64,000 nucleotides of DNA, taken from NCBI GenBank assembly GCA_965261085.1, contig OZ253442.1, forward strand, positions 1,984,001 through 2,048,000. Direction: 5' to 3'. Position numbers and translations under genes: made by a program. This DNA comes from a bacterium. GTDB taxonomy: Bacteria > UBA8248. Positions 48,750-58,890 of this stretch are shown piece by piece; position 1 is the stretch's first letter, and each line of letters starts with the position of its first letter. The notes under the pieces are model-generated. The model had not been told where the DNA came from. It was given only the letters and a program-made list of their open reading frames with translations, and did no database searches.

Positions 48750-48775
48750 CGCCTTTTCTCCTTGGGTGCACTCAA

Positions 48776-48805
48776 GGGTAGAATGCCTTTTCTTTTTCTA
48801 CCCTA
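48776..48805. promoter_or_regulatory. Probable VapB operator
   Basis: AGGGTAGAA-N12-TTCTACCCT palindrome upstream of vapB. Confidence 0.55.
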
Positions 48806-48981
48806 AGGCATTTCGGGACGATGGGCAAGGGGGAATTTTGAAGCTAGGGATAGGGAATTGCGGCGATGGCCCGATATCATTGAGACGGCATCGATGGTTG
48901 GAACGGTATTAGCAGTCGTCAAAAGACATATGCTAAATCGGTTGGCGAGGCCAGTAGCTTTAATGTGCAGTTGGATCAATC

Positions 48982-49140
48982 CTAATCAAATCGCACATCC
49001 GAGCGGTTGCACTGGGGACATCGGACGGGTGAAGTCGGTCGATTCTTGCTCCTCGCCTTACGCTTTTCATCTTCGTCAAGGATATTTGTCTCAAACCTGT
49101 TACCGCAATTCCTGCAAAAAAAACGTACCAGTTTAGTCAT
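48982..49140 (-). CDS. 52-aa Zn-ribbon protein coupled to TIR gene
   Basis: MTKLVRFFCRNCG...CPQC; start overlaps TIR stop (ATGACTAA). Confidence 0.75.
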   Translation of the reverse strand: MTKLVRFFCRNCGNRFETNILDEDEKRKARSKNRPTSPVRCPQCNRSDVRFD

Positions 49141-50068
49141 AGGATATCCCTGCCTGTTTGATGAACTCAGACCATAGAATCTCTGCGGCCTGTTGAGGCG
49201 AGAGCTTTTTATCTTGGTCGGAAATAAAAAACATATGGGGCCGTAGGAAAAGGTCGTATTCGTCAGCTTCAACACTAAAGCCGCCGTTTGCAGTGTTAAG
49301 TGGAGCGTTCTCCGAAAATGAGTAGTAGATGTCTGCAAAACCCATGTTACTGTTATGTGCATGTACGGTGATGTGTGCTGCTCCCCGGTTCATATGTTGG
49401 TTGACTATAGTACAAGTGAAGCTCTGCGGGTCGGCCGTAATCAAACGACCCCGAAGACCTTCGATGCTGTCAATTTCAGCGATAGCGGACTCGAAGAAGC
49501 TGTGAACTTCCTCAAATGCTTTATAGCGGAAATCTCTACGGTCAATCTCATCGAAGTCTCGTTTGACCCTATAGCGGTGACTTGCAGATACTGAAGGAGC
49601 GCTTGGTGTAACAGTCGTAGCGGGTTGAACTGCATTGTAGCTGGTTAGAATTCTTCGCAACTCTGTAACAATGTCCAAGAATGCATTGTTTTCGTTTGTC
49701 CATTCTGTGATGGGTTTTCCATCGCGCGGAAGTGCCTTTAGCTTTTTAAGTGAAGAGGCTTTCCAATCACATGGTTCAATGATTATCGGGACGACTCGCA
49801 TCTGACCAGCATCGTGGCGCTCAAGTGCTCGCATCATTTCATTATCGTAGCAATAGTCTGATGCAAGGAAATCCGGGCTTATTAGTGGTAAAAAAAGACA
49901 ACAAGACTCAAGTTGTTCGGAAATCTCCTGATCCAGATCTCCACCGGCGAGAATTTCTCGGTCATACCAGTTATTGAGTTCGCCATCACGGCGAAGCATC
50001 ACAAGATGTGTATGCAGCCGTTCTAGAACTCTTTCGTCCTTGTGAGAATATGAGATGAACGCTTTCAT
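49133..50068 (-). CDS. TIR-domain protein with uncharacterised C-terminal domain
   Basis: AFISYSHKD, SPDFLASDYCYDNE; AT-richer. Confidence 0.9.
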   Translation of the reverse strand: MKAFISYSHKDERVLERLHTHLVMLRRDGELNNWYDREILAGGDLDQEISEQLESCCLFLPLISPDFLASDYCYDNEMMRALERHDAGQMRVVPIIIEPCDWKASSLKKLKALPRDGKPITEWTNENNAFLDIVTELRRILTSYNAVQPATTVTPSAPSVSASHRYRVKRDFDEIDRRDFRYKAFEEVHSFFESAIAEIDSIEGLRGRLITADPQSFTCTIVNQHMNRGAAHITVHAHNSNMGFADIYYSFSENAPLNTANGGFSVEADEYDLFLRPHMFFISDQDKKLSPQQAAEILWSEFIKQAGISYD

Positions 50069-50241
50069 CTACTCTCTATCCTTCTCTTTTTGTTCTGATT
50101 TGTGAGTCAGCACTTTGAATTTGGTTTTGGATTCTACATGGGCGGAAAGCGGAATATATCAGAATCAATTCATTTTGCAATGGTTTGGTTAAAGCGGGTT
50201 GGCCACTTTCGTTTTTCTAATTGCGATAAACCCTCCCCCCC

Positions 50242-51354
50242 CTAACCCTCAAACCGGTAGAGCGCCATTGCGTTGTCGCGCATGATGCGCTGGCGCAGTT
50301 CGGCGTCCACTTGGCGGGGCAGGGCGTGGATAGGCGAGTCGAAATCCCAGTGGGGGTAGTCGGTGGCGAACAGGAGGATTTTCTCGGCGTGGGCCATCTC
50401 GAATATCTGGAGCAGGTGTTCATCTTTTTCGGGTTCCTCGATGGGCTGGCTCGTTACGCTGAAATGCTCATAAAAATACTCGCTCGGCAGCTTTTTGAGC
50501 CATGGGACTTCGGCGCGCATTCCCCGGTAGTTCTTGTCCAGGCGCCAGAGCAGCCCCGGAATCCAGGAGAGGCCGCCTTCTATCAGGACGATTTTTAGTT
50601 TTGGGAAGAGTTCGAACACGCCCTCGCAGATGAAGCTCACGGCGTGCGTCATGAAGCACTGGCACATGGCCGTGTGCCATTCGATGTAGTAGGTGGGCCA
50701 GCCCGAAGCCGTGGGCGGCGGCGCGTTGCCTGCGCCGGAACCCCCGAAATGTATGCCGATGGGGAGTCCGCGTTCTTCCGCCGCCTCGTATATGGGGTGA
50801 TATTTCCTCTGGCCGTAGGGGGCGTGCGAGCCCGCCGGGAATAGCACCTGCGCCATGTCGGCGCGCTCGCCGACGCGCTTTATCTCATCCACGGCGTGCT
50901 GGGGGTCCTGATGCGAGACGGTGATGGCTCCGCGCAGGCGAGCGTCTTTTTCGAGCCAGTGCTCGATGGTCCAGTCGTTATGCGCGCTTGCCAGGGCCGC
51001 GCCGAACTCGGGGATTCCCATGAAGGAGACGTTGTAATACGCCCCGTTCAGCACCCCGTAGCTCACCCCGTAGGCGTCCAGAACCTGTTCCTGAAGCATC
51101 GAGAGGCTCGAACCCGCCGGGCCGCCCGGCGGTATGGCGTCCTTGCGGACGCCGCCGCCCGCCGTCTTGGGATAAGGCGCGTTCGGCAGTTTCGTATAGT
51201 CCGTTTCTTCGACGTAGTTTCGCCACTCGGTAGGTAGGTAGGGCAGCAGGGCGTCCAGAGAAGGGGGTACGTGGTGGATGTCGGAGTCCACCATGCCGAG
51301 GCTCGTCTCCGAGACCGGCTGGGGCGTTTTTACGGCTTGCGTGGTCGTGCTCAT
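50242..51354 (-). CDS. Amidohydrolase 2 family protein
   Basis: [23 protein letters not shown]. Confidence 0.9.
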   Translation of the reverse strand: MSTTTQAVKTPQPVSETSLGMVDSDIHHVPPSLDALLPYLPTEWRNYVEETDYTKLPNAPYPKTAGGGVRKDAIPPGGPAGSSLSMLQEQVLDAYGVSYGVLNGAYYNVSFMGIPEFGAALASAHNDWTIEHWLEKDARLRGAITVSHQDPQHAVDEIKRVGERADMAQVLFPAGSHAPYGQRKYHPIYEAAEERGLPIGIHFGGSGAGNAPPPTASGWPTYYIEWHTAMCQCFMTHAVSFICEGVFELFPKLKIVLIEGGLSWIPGLLWRLDKNYRGMRAEVPWLKKLPSEYFYEHFSVTSQPIEEPEKDEHLLQIFEMAHAEKILLFATDYPHWDFDSPIHALPRQVDAELRQRIMRDNAMALYRFEG

Positions 51355-51439
51355 TATCGTTCCTCCATGCGATTTGTTTGCATTTTAGCACGAGAAAACG
51401 AGAAGCGAAGGTGTACTAGACGAACAGCAGACGTATCGA
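51345..51439. repeat. 95-bp direct repeat copy 1
   Basis: 89/95 identical to 54127-54221. Confidence 0.93.
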
Positions 51440-51681
51440 ACGATCCCTCGCGCCTTGCCCGATTCGTAGTCAGCAGGGTCGGGAGGGGAACCGGGCGGGG
51501 TACGCGGGACGAAGAGAATCAAAATATTTAGGCCTAAAGACGAAAAATTCTCAATCTTGCAAATGGTTACGAGCTTTGGCAGCGTAGACGGAAACCTTTG
51601 GACGGAGTAGCGATGGCTTTTCATGATGAACATATGAACGAGCCCGGCAGCGGCCGGCACCAGTCCCGGCCCGGTGTCCTG

Positions 51682-52578
51682 ATGGGACACGTGCCGAGTC
51701 TTCCGCCCCTCGAGGCGCTGTGCTTCTTCGAGGCGGCGGCGCGGCTGGAGAGCTTTGCCGCTGCCGCCAGGGAACTCGGCGTGACGCCGGGCGCGGTCTC
51801 GCACCGCATCAAAGCACTGGAGGAGTATCTGGGCGCCCGGCTGTTCGAACGCCGTCCCCACGAAGTGCAGCTCAACCGGCTGGGGCGGGCGTATCTGCTA
51901 GATGTCCAGCGCGTGTTCACAGAGTTGCGCGATGTGACCGAGCGGCGGCTCGGCGGCGGCGCGTTTCTGAAGCTGGTGGCGGTCGAGGCGGTGGCGGAGA
52001 AATGGCTGATGCCACGGCTGGCGGAGTTCCGGGCGGCGCACCCCGACATCGCCATCGAGTTCGAGACCGACCACCGTAAGGTCGACCCCAAGCGGCGCGA
52101 CTTCGACGTCTGGATCGCCTTCACCGGCGAGGTCGGGGGGCAGCTCCATGCCGAGACGCTGTTAGAGGAGACGCTTCTGCCGGTGTGCAGCCCGGCCCTC
52201 TTGGAGGAGCGGGGCCGGCCCGGGAAGCCGGGCGATTTGCACGGCTGGTCGCTGCTCTACGATTTGCACTGGACGTCCTACTGGGCCCACTGGTTTGCGC
52301 ATCACGGCGTGAAGCCGCCCGACCTGTCGCGGGCGCTGGGCTTCCGCCTCTACAGCATGATGGTGCAGGCCGCGGTCGAAGGTATGGGAGTGGCGCTTGG
52401 TCATTCACTGATGATCGCACGGGAGTTGGAGGAGGGACAGTTGGTGACGCTGTTCGACACCCCTGTCCCGGCGCCCGACCGCTATCTGCTGGTCACGTCG
52501 CCGGCCTCGAGACGCAAGCCCGAGGTGCGGGCGTTCAGGGAGTGGATCCTGGAGCAGAGGCTAGGCGAGGAACGATGA
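51682..52578 (+). CDS. LysR-type regulator (GcvA-like)
   Basis: LPPLEAL..FEAAARLESF..AA.EL.VTPGAVSH.IK.LE; start uncertain. Confidence 0.9.
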   Translation: MGHVPSLPPLEALCFFEAAARLESFAAAARELGVTPGAVSHRIKALEEYLGARLFERRPHEVQLNRLGRAYLLDVQRVFTELRDVTERRLGGGAFLKLVAVEAVAEKWLMPRLAEFRAAHPDIAIEFETDHRKVDPKRRDFDVWIAFTGEVGGQLHAETLLEETLLPVCSPALLEERGRPGKPGDLHGWSLLYDLHWTSYWAHWFAHHGVKPPDLSRALGFRLYSMMVQAAVEGMGVALGHSLMIARELEEGQLVTLFDTPVPAPDRYLLVTSPASRRKPEVRAFREWILEQRLGEER

Positions 52579-52648
52579 TTGCCTGAGCCTGTTTCTCTAG
52601 GGAGTGTTTTTGTGCACTTTTCTCAACTGGCAAGAAAGGGGACAAGCC

Positions 52649-54019
52649 ATGCTTAAGAGGAATCGACTTTCAATCCTAGTAATAACCGCGCTTGCGGCAG
52701 TCACTCTGGTTTTATCCGGTTGTGGCGGTGGGGATTCCAAATCGGCGGCTCGTGAGTCGATGCCGAGCACTCCGATGACAACACCGACACCGACACCGAC
52801 TCCAACACCGACTCCAACTCCAACACCGGGGGCCTGTATGGTGGGGGGTACTTTGTCCGCGGGTCAATCGTGCAGCCATGAAAGTCCCGGAAACAGATTC
52901 ACCTTTACAGTAAGAGACGATGGGAGGGGCTGCGTGGGCGGAATTTGTAGCGGCGCTGGCATTACACTCAATAACTTTTCTGCAAGAAATAACAATGATG
53001 GGAGCTGGGAAGTCACGGCCCTTCCCGGTGTCGCGATGACGCCATCAAATGGTGGCAACGCTCCCACCATTGAGCGAACCGTCGGTAACATTCAATACTT
53101 TAAGGTAGCTCAAGCCGCGCGAAACACGCCTAGGGCAGGGAGTGTAACGCAGTCCTCGGATGCAGATGCGGACGGCGTCACGGTCGATTTCGTCAACATT
53201 GAAGTAAGTGGTCCTGCCGGACAGCAAACCTACGCCGCATACTACAACGGCATGGAAGTAGTCAGCACCGCAAACGGAACTCCGGCTGAAGGTGTGGATG
53301 GGGTTCTTGATCAACCCAAGGGAACACGGCTGCATGAGCGGATAGACGGCGGCGTCGAGTTTTATCGGAGTCTGGGACAGGCGGAAGCTGCGCTACTCGG
53401 TCTTGCACCCGGAGATATCTGGATCGATGTATACACGGATCATGAAGGTGGCAATGACGCAGACTATCTCGCAGGAGGCATATGGGTGTATGCGCCGGAT
53501 AACACATCCAATCTCAATGACTACGAATATGGAGCCTTCGTTGATGGCAACGATCCGTTTCAGCAGGACAATTTGGCGGGCGTGACGGGGACTGTGACGT
53601 ATTCTCTAGAGGAAGGCGTCACCGGAGTGTTTCCGGTCGTGGAAGTAGGAAGAAATTACTTCTTTAACGCCGACGTCGCGCTTACAGCCGAGTTCGGCGA
53701 TGGCAGCGAGTTGGGAACAATTAGCGGGCGCATCCACAGTTTCAAAATCTATTTCGAGGAGGAACGAATAAACCTTCCCGAAAATCCGGTATTGACGCTG
53801 GGCAGAACCGATATCGGGAGTTCGAACAGCGGGTTCTTCACAGGCGACACCAGCATGACGTTTGACGGCAGCGACTTCACCGGCAAATGGGGCGGTCAGT
53901 TCTACGGCAACGGGGCCGACCCGACTGATGCGCCGGGTTCCGTTGCCGGAACTTTCGGCGGCGCCACCGCTGATGGAAACGAAAGTTTTCTAGGCACCTT
54001 TGGGGCCTATAAGCGGTAG
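52649..54019 (+). CDS. Surface lipoprotein with (TP)8 linker, Cys-rich module and TbpB-like C-terminal barrel
   Basis: Lipobox LSGC; GKWGGQFYG...PGSVAGTFG...FLGTFGA C-terminus. Confidence 0.8.
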   Translation: MLKRNRLSILVITALAAVTLVLSGCGGGDSKSAARESMPSTPMTTPTPTPTPTPTPTPTPGACMVGGTLSAGQSCSHESPGNRFTFTVRDDGRGCVGGICSGAGITLNNFSARNNNDGSWEVTALPGVAMTPSNGGNAPTIERTVGNIQYFKVAQAARNTPRAGSVTQSSDADADGVTVDFVNIEVSGPAGQQTYAAYYNGMEVVSTANGTPAEGVDGVLDQPKGTRLHERIDGGVEFYRSLGQAEAALLGLAPGDIWIDVYTDHEGGNDADYLAGGIWVYAPDNTSNLNDYEYGAFVDGNDPFQQDNLAGVTGTVTYSLEEGVTGVFPVVEVGRNYFFNADVALTAEFGDGSELGTISGRIHSFKIYFEEERINLPENPVLTLGRTDIGSSNSGFFTGDTSMTFDGSDFTGKWGGQFYGNGADPTDAPGSVAGTFGGATADGNESFLGTFGAYKR

Positions 54020-54049
54020 ACGCATACCGTAACACCACCAACGCAAGCT

Positions 54050-54080
54050 AGAAGGGCAGCCGCGCGGCTGCCCTTCTTTT
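54050..54080 (+). terminator. Rho-independent terminator
   Basis: AGAAGGGCAGC-CGCGCG-GCTGCCCTTCT followed by T run. Confidence 0.8.
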
Positions 54081-54126
54081 GTGATTTCCGATACCCGCGA
54101 AGAAGTCGCTTTATTCCTCGCCTTCA

Positions 54127-54221
54127 TCGTGCTCATTATCGTTCCTCCATGCGATGTCTCTGTATTTTAGCACGAGAAAACGAGAAGCGAAGGTTTCCTA
54201 GACGAACAGCAGACGTATCGA
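54127..54221. repeat. 95-bp direct repeat copy 2
   Basis: Contains TauE 3' end, intergenic spacer and amidohydrolase start codons. Confidence 0.93.
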
Positions 54222-54944
54222 TCCGCCCAGCGCGATGCTCAGCACGCACAGGTTGAACGTGCGCCCGTTCAGCCTCTCCTGCACCCATGCGCCGGCCTTG
54301 ATGCCCAGCCACAGCACGGGCAGGCCGACCATGCTCGCCCAGACGGTATCCATCGTCACCACGGAAACCTGCCAGAAGGCGACCACCTTGATGGGGTTCA
54401 TCACCGCAAAGAGAGCCCATATCGTGCTCACCAGGGTGATCTTCTCCAGTTTCTGGCTGATGAGAACGGGGGTGAGAAAAATCGCCCCGCTGTTGGCGAG
54501 CGAGGAGCAAAGCCCGCTCATGATGCCGAAGCCCCCGCCCTGCCACATCGGCAGTGGGGGAATTTCAAAGGGTCTGCCTCTTATTTCCACGAGCGTCTGG
54601 TAGGAGGCGAGGGATAAACAGATGGCGCCGATCAGGAGCTTCAGTCCCTCGCCCGGGAGCCAGGTGAGCAGCCAGACGCCGCAGGCGAGCCCGATAATGA
54701 TGCCGGGCGCCAGGAGGAACACGTAGCGCAGGTTCCACTTTCCCCAGAAATCGGGCGCCGCCCCCAGGCTCGACCAGCAACTGAACAGCGCGATGAGGCC
54801 CAGGGAGAAAGTGGGCGAGAACGCGAAAATGAGAAAGGGCGTGATGACCAGGCCCACGCCCGCTCCGAACGTGCGCACGAGAAAACCGTTGCAAAACGCC
54901 GCCGCCAGGACGAAGGCCCACTCGGCCAGGGAGAAATCCGGCAT
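54198..54944 (-). CDS. TauE/SafE sulfite-exporter family protein
   Basis: ~248 aa, 8 TM, FGAGVG motif; start MPDFS. Confidence 0.8.
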   Translation of the reverse strand: MPDFSLAEWAFVLAAAFCNGFLVRTFGAGVGLVITPFLIFAFSPTFSLGLIALFSCWSSLGAAPDFWGKWNLRYVFLLAPGIIIGLACGVWLLTWLPGEGLKLLIGAICLSLASYQTLVEIRGRPFEIPPLPMWQGGGFGIMSGLCSSLANSGAIFLTPVLISQKLEKITLVSTIWALFAVMNPIKVVAFWQVSVVTMDTVWASMVGLPVLWLGIKAGAWVQERLNGRTFNLCVLSIALGGSIRLLFV

Positions 54945-54946
54945 CG

Positions 54947-55693
54947 CTAGCTCGACTCCAGAAGAAGGCGCAGGGCGGTGACGAGGGACAAGAGCAGGAG
55001 GATGAAAATGAATCCTTTCTGGGGGATTTGACGGAGCGTCTGCTTGCCGCACCAGCTTCCGGCCCACGCCAGGGGAAAGGCGAGAGCGCCCGCCACCAGC
55101 ATGGGCGTCTGCACGACGCCCCCGAACCACAGCGAGGCGACCTTGAAGGGGTTCACCCAGAGCCATACGACGATGATGCTCGCCACTATAGCCGTTTTCG
55201 AAAGCCCCTGGCTGATGTAGAAAAGACTCAATACGAGGCCTCCCGAGTGGAACATGGCGCTGATGATTCCGCCGCCTATGCCGATTCCCACTCCCGCCGG
55301 GGGGCTGATGGGCGGCGGCTTGATATCTCCGCGCGCCTCGCGCCAGATGAGCAGCCCGGCGAAGAAGACGCAGGTTAAGCCGATGCCTTTTCTCAGCCAG
55401 TAATCGGGCAGATTCACCAGCGCGTAGACGCCGATGATGATGCCGATGTAGAAGCCGGGCACCAGGAAGCGCAGAAAGCGGCTCTCCCACTGCTTCCAGA
55501 ACATGGGGATGGCGAAAAAGTCCGTCACCCACATGATGACGGCCACGATGCCGATGATGAATCGAGTGGGCCAGAAGATGATCATGATCGGAACGAGAAA
55601 GATGCCGATCCCGGAGCTGAAGGTGGTTTTCAGAAAGCCGACGAAAAAAGCGGCGATCCCGACCGCTAGTAGCTCATGAGTCGAGTAGTCCAA
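54947..55693 (-). CDS. TauE/SafE family protein, paralogue
   Basis: GFLKTTFSSGIG, HSGG, NPFK. Confidence 0.82.
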   Translation of the reverse strand: MDYSTHELLAVGIAAFFVGFLKTTFSSGIGIFLVPIMIIFWPTRFIIGIVAVIMWVTDFFAIPMFWKQWESRFLRFLVPGFYIGIIIGVYALVNLPDYWLRKGIGLTCVFFAGLLIWREARGDIKPPPISPPAGVGIGIGGGIISAMFHSGGLVLSLFYISQGLSKTAIVASIIVVWLWVNPFKVASLWFGGVVQTPMLVAGALAFPLAWAGSWCGKQTLRQIPQKGFIFILLLLSLVTALRLLLESS

Positions 55694-55778
55694 AATATCC
55701 TCTGCTTGCCTGTGACGAAACGAGGGGCCAGCTTAGCGATTCGGGGGGTCGAGAACAAGCTCGCGGGCACGCCCGGCC

Positions 55779-56036
55779 CTAGAACTTGGTGACGTGTCCC
55801 TCGACTCCGAACAGCTTGGGTAGCAGGCCGTGGAAGTAGTAGACGTCCAGAAAGATCAGGGCGAAGAAGAGCGCGATGAAAATGAGAATCAGCCCGGCGA
55901 TGAAGCACGGGATCTGGGCGATGGCGTGAAAGACGCCCCCGATTCCGCCTTTTCTGAGCGGATAGCCGCAGTGTGGGCAGGAGGTGGCCTCGGTGCTCAG
56001 GATCCCCCCGCATTCGGGGCAGTTGAGGAGCGCCAT
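55779..56036 (-). CDS. Zn-ribbon + TM small protein
   Basis: MALLNCPECG...SCPHCGYP, then hydrophobic helix. Confidence 0.75.
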   Translation of the reverse strand: MALLNCPECGGILSTEATSCPHCGYPLRKGGIGGVFHAIAQIPCFIAGLILIFIALFFALIFLDVYYFHGLLPKLFGVEGHVTKF

Positions 56037-56037
56037 C

Positions 56038-57984
56038 TCATCGCGCCTCTTTGATGGCGTAGAGAAACTCCGGCGCCTCGATGGAAGAAGTGTCGATGTT
56101 CGCGGGGTCCTCGCCCAGATATATCTTCTTGATGGCGCCGCGCACGATCTTCGCCGAGCGCGTCTTGGGCAGCGCCTCGACGAACTTGACCTCATCGGGC
56201 CTGAGGCTTTTTCCGAGATATTTGACGGTTTCTTCCTTGAGTGTTTCTCGCAGCGCGTCGGTCGGTTCATGGCCCGCGCTCAATACCACGAAACAGCAAA
56301 GGCCCTCGCCCTTGATGGGGTGCGGCGCGCCGATGACGGCGGCCTCCACCACGGCGGGATGCCCGATGAGGGCGGATTCCACCTCGGCGGGCCCCACGCG
56401 CTTGCCCGCGACGTTGATGGTGTCGTCCGAACGCCCGAAGAGATACCACTGCCCGTCCTCATCCAGGCGCGCCCAGTCGCCGTGGTACCACACGTTCGGC
56501 CAGCGGGAGAAATACGTTTCGATGAAGCGCTCATCGTCTTTCAGGAAACCCTTGGTCATCGAGGGGACGGGCTGTTTGAGCACGAGATGGCCGATTTCCC
56601 CGCGCACGGGCCGGCCCTCTTCGTTGAACACGTCGGCGTCCGAACCCAGGGCCGGGCCGCCAAGGGAGCACGGCGTGAGCGGAACGATGGGGTAGGGCTG
56701 GAGTATGCAGCCGCAAAGCTCGGTGCCGCCCGATATGTTCATGACGGGACACCGCCCGCCGCCTACCTTTTCGAAGTACCACATGTAGGATTCCGGGTCC
56801 CAGGGCTCTCCGGTGGAGGCCAGCACGCGCAGTGAGGAGAGGTCGTGTTTTTCCACCCATTCATCGCCCATGCTGATGAGGAGCCGCACGGCGGTGGGCG
56901 AGACGCCGAAGATGGTGACCCCGTGATCGCTCAGGAGTTTCCAGAGCCTGTCGGGTTCGGGCCAGTTGGGCGCGCCATCGTAGATGAGATAAGTGCCGCC
57001 CCCGAACTGAACGCCTATCATCTCCCACGGACCCATCATCCAGCCGATGTCCGTCACCCAGAACAAGACGTCCTCATCGCGCAGGTCCATGCAATAGCGA
57101 ATCTCCTTTGACACGTTGAGCATGCAGCCCGCGTGGGTGTGCATCGTGCCTTTCGGCTTTCCGGTGGTGCCGGACGTATAGATGATGAGGGAGAGGGCCT
57201 CGGCGGGCAGGCGTTCTGTTTCGGCCTCCTCGGATTGGCCAGCGATAAAATCGTCCCAATAAACGTCGCGCCCTTTCTGCATGGGGACGCTCGTTTCGGT
57301 TCTTTGGAAGACGACGACTTTCTCGACCTGGGTCCCGGCTTCGAGCGCCTGATCCATCAGGGCCTTTACACCCACTTCCTTGCCCCGGCGCATCCCGCCG
57401 TTCGAGGTGAAGACGAGCCGCGCCTCGGCGTGGTCGAGTCGCTCGGTGACGGCTTCCGGGCCGAAGCCCGAAAAGATGGGAATCGCGATCACCCCGATTT
57501 TCAGGCACGCGAACATGGCGAAGACGGTCTCCGGGATCATGGGCATGAAGATGCCGGCGCTGTCTCCGGGGCGCATCCCCATCTCGCGCATGGCGTTCGC
57601 GAGGCGGCAGACCTGCGCGTTCATCTCCGCGTAGGTGTAACGGCGCACTTCGCCCCCGTCTCCCTCCCAGATGAGGGCCGTCTTGTCGCGCGTGGGCGTC
57701 TCAAGATGCCTGTCGATGCAGTTGTGGACGATGTTGAGCTCCCCGCCCAGGAACCACTTCGTCCAGGGCAGGCCGCCCGATGAGTCCATTACCTGGTCAT
57801 AGCGCCTGTACCAGGAGACGCCCATGTCCTTCTCAATCGCCTCCCAGAAGCGGGCGACGTCTTCCCGGAAAAAATCGAGCAACGCCTCGTAGCTCGCCAG
57901 CCCCTGTTTTTTCATGAAGCGGGCGACGTTCGAGTTTTCGAGAAAATCCTCATTGGGCCGCCAGATGATGTCCTGTACGCTCAT
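56038..57984 (-). CDS. Acetyl-CoA-synthetase-like AMP-binding enzyme
   Basis: YTSGTTGKPKG, TGEPWDP, GRSDD, PKTRSAK. Confidence 0.93.
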   Translation of the reverse strand: MSVQDIIWRPNEDFLENSNVARFMKKQGLASYEALLDFFREDVARFWEAIEKDMGVSWYRRYDQVMDSSGGLPWTKWFLGGELNIVHNCIDRHLETPTRDKTALIWEGDGGEVRRYTYAEMNAQVCRLANAMREMGMRPGDSAGIFMPMIPETVFAMFACLKIGVIAIPIFSGFGPEAVTERLDHAEARLVFTSNGGMRRGKEVGVKALMDQALEAGTQVEKVVVFQRTETSVPMQKGRDVYWDDFIAGQSEEAETERLPAEALSLIIYTSGTTGKPKGTMHTHAGCMLNVSKEIRYCMDLRDEDVLFWVTDIGWMMGPWEMIGVQFGGGTYLIYDGAPNWPEPDRLWKLLSDHGVTIFGVSPTAVRLLISMGDEWVEKHDLSSLRVLASTGEPWDPESYMWYFEKVGGGRCPVMNISGGTELCGCILQPYPIVPLTPCSLGGPALGSDADVFNEEGRPVRGEIGHLVLKQPVPSMTKGFLKDDERFIETYFSRWPNVWYHGDWARLDEDGQWYLFGRSDDTINVAGKRVGPAEVESALIGHPAVVEAAVIGAPHPIKGEGLCCFVVLSAGHEPTDALRETLKEETVKYLGKSLRPDEVKFVEALPKTRSAKIVRGAIKKIYLGEDPANIDTSSIEAPEFLYAIKEAR

Positions 57985-58001
57985 GGGTTTTCCTTAATCA
58001 G

Positions 58002-58868
58002 TCATAAAATTTTACGGTTGTAGGCCAAACGCATGAGTTCTTTTAACGCATCGGCGTGGTTCTTGATATCGCCCTTATTTAGCTGAACCTCATAAGTTTG
58101 TTTTTTGTACTCAAAGTCGAGATCGGTTTGTTCGAGTTGTTGTTCGATTTCTTGTGATTTCTCAAGAAAAACGATGAGACGAAGAAGATTTTTCCGGGGT
58201 TTAAGCCGAATCAAGCTGTTGACCCGACCATCTTTCGAGAGACCAATGTATTGTTTGTTGTACTTTGGTTCCAATTCGGCGTCGAAGTCTTTCACCATTT
58301 CCAAAAGTTGCTCGGCGAGTAAAACTGTGGCTTTGGACCCACGTTGTTCCCAATATGACCGATCCGCAGGTGGTTGTCTTTCTTCGTCCTCTTCTACCAG
58401 TCCTCGCGTCAGCTCATCCATCACGGTCGTGAATACCAGCGAGGTGTATTCTTCGATCTTCAAGGCCTGAAACTGAATCGCGACTAAAGGAATCGCGCCG
58501 TTGAAGAGGGAAACGACGTTCAGAAATCGGCTGGTGACGTTCTCCGCGACCAAAACGGCGCAATGCTCGTACTGCGGATACCGCTTTCGCTCGATATCCC
58601 AATACTCAATTGTGCGAATGATATGCGATTCGTCGGTTGCTCCGAGTTGAATTTCCACCTCATACCTGCGGTCTGTGTCCGGATCTTGGAGCAACATATC
58701 CAAACGACCTGCCCCAGGCTGTTTACGCTCGGTGTCCCTCAAAACAAGATCGCCGAGGCCGAGGAGGGAAGGATCGTCGGAGATTAGTCTCTGAACCCAT
58801 TTTTCGTCCAATTCAGGATGATTTTTCAGCCAAATTCTCTCAGGCTTAACGTATCCCCCTACACCCAT
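58002..58868 (-). CDS. NucS/DUF91-like PD-(D/E)xK protein with DUF5655-like C-terminus
   Basis: AT-richer; GRLDMLL...YEVEIQ...IIRTIEYW; start uncertain. Confidence 0.7.
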   Translation of the reverse strand: MGVGGYVKPERIWLKNHPELDEKWVQRLISDDPSLLGLGDLVLRDTERKQPGAGRLDMLLQDPDTDRRYEVEIQLGATDESHIIRTIEYWDIERKRYPQYEHCAVLVAENVTSRFLNVVSLFNGAIPLVAIQFQALKIEEYTSLVFTTVMDELTRGLVEEDEERQPPADRSYWEQRGSKATVLLAEQLLEMVKDFDAELEPKYNKQYIGLSKDGRVNSLIRLKPRKNLLRLIVFLEKSQEIEQQLEQTDLDFEYKKQTYEVQLNKGDIKNHADALKELMRLAYNRKIL

Positions 58869-58890
58869 TTCCATTCTATCTACCTCCACT

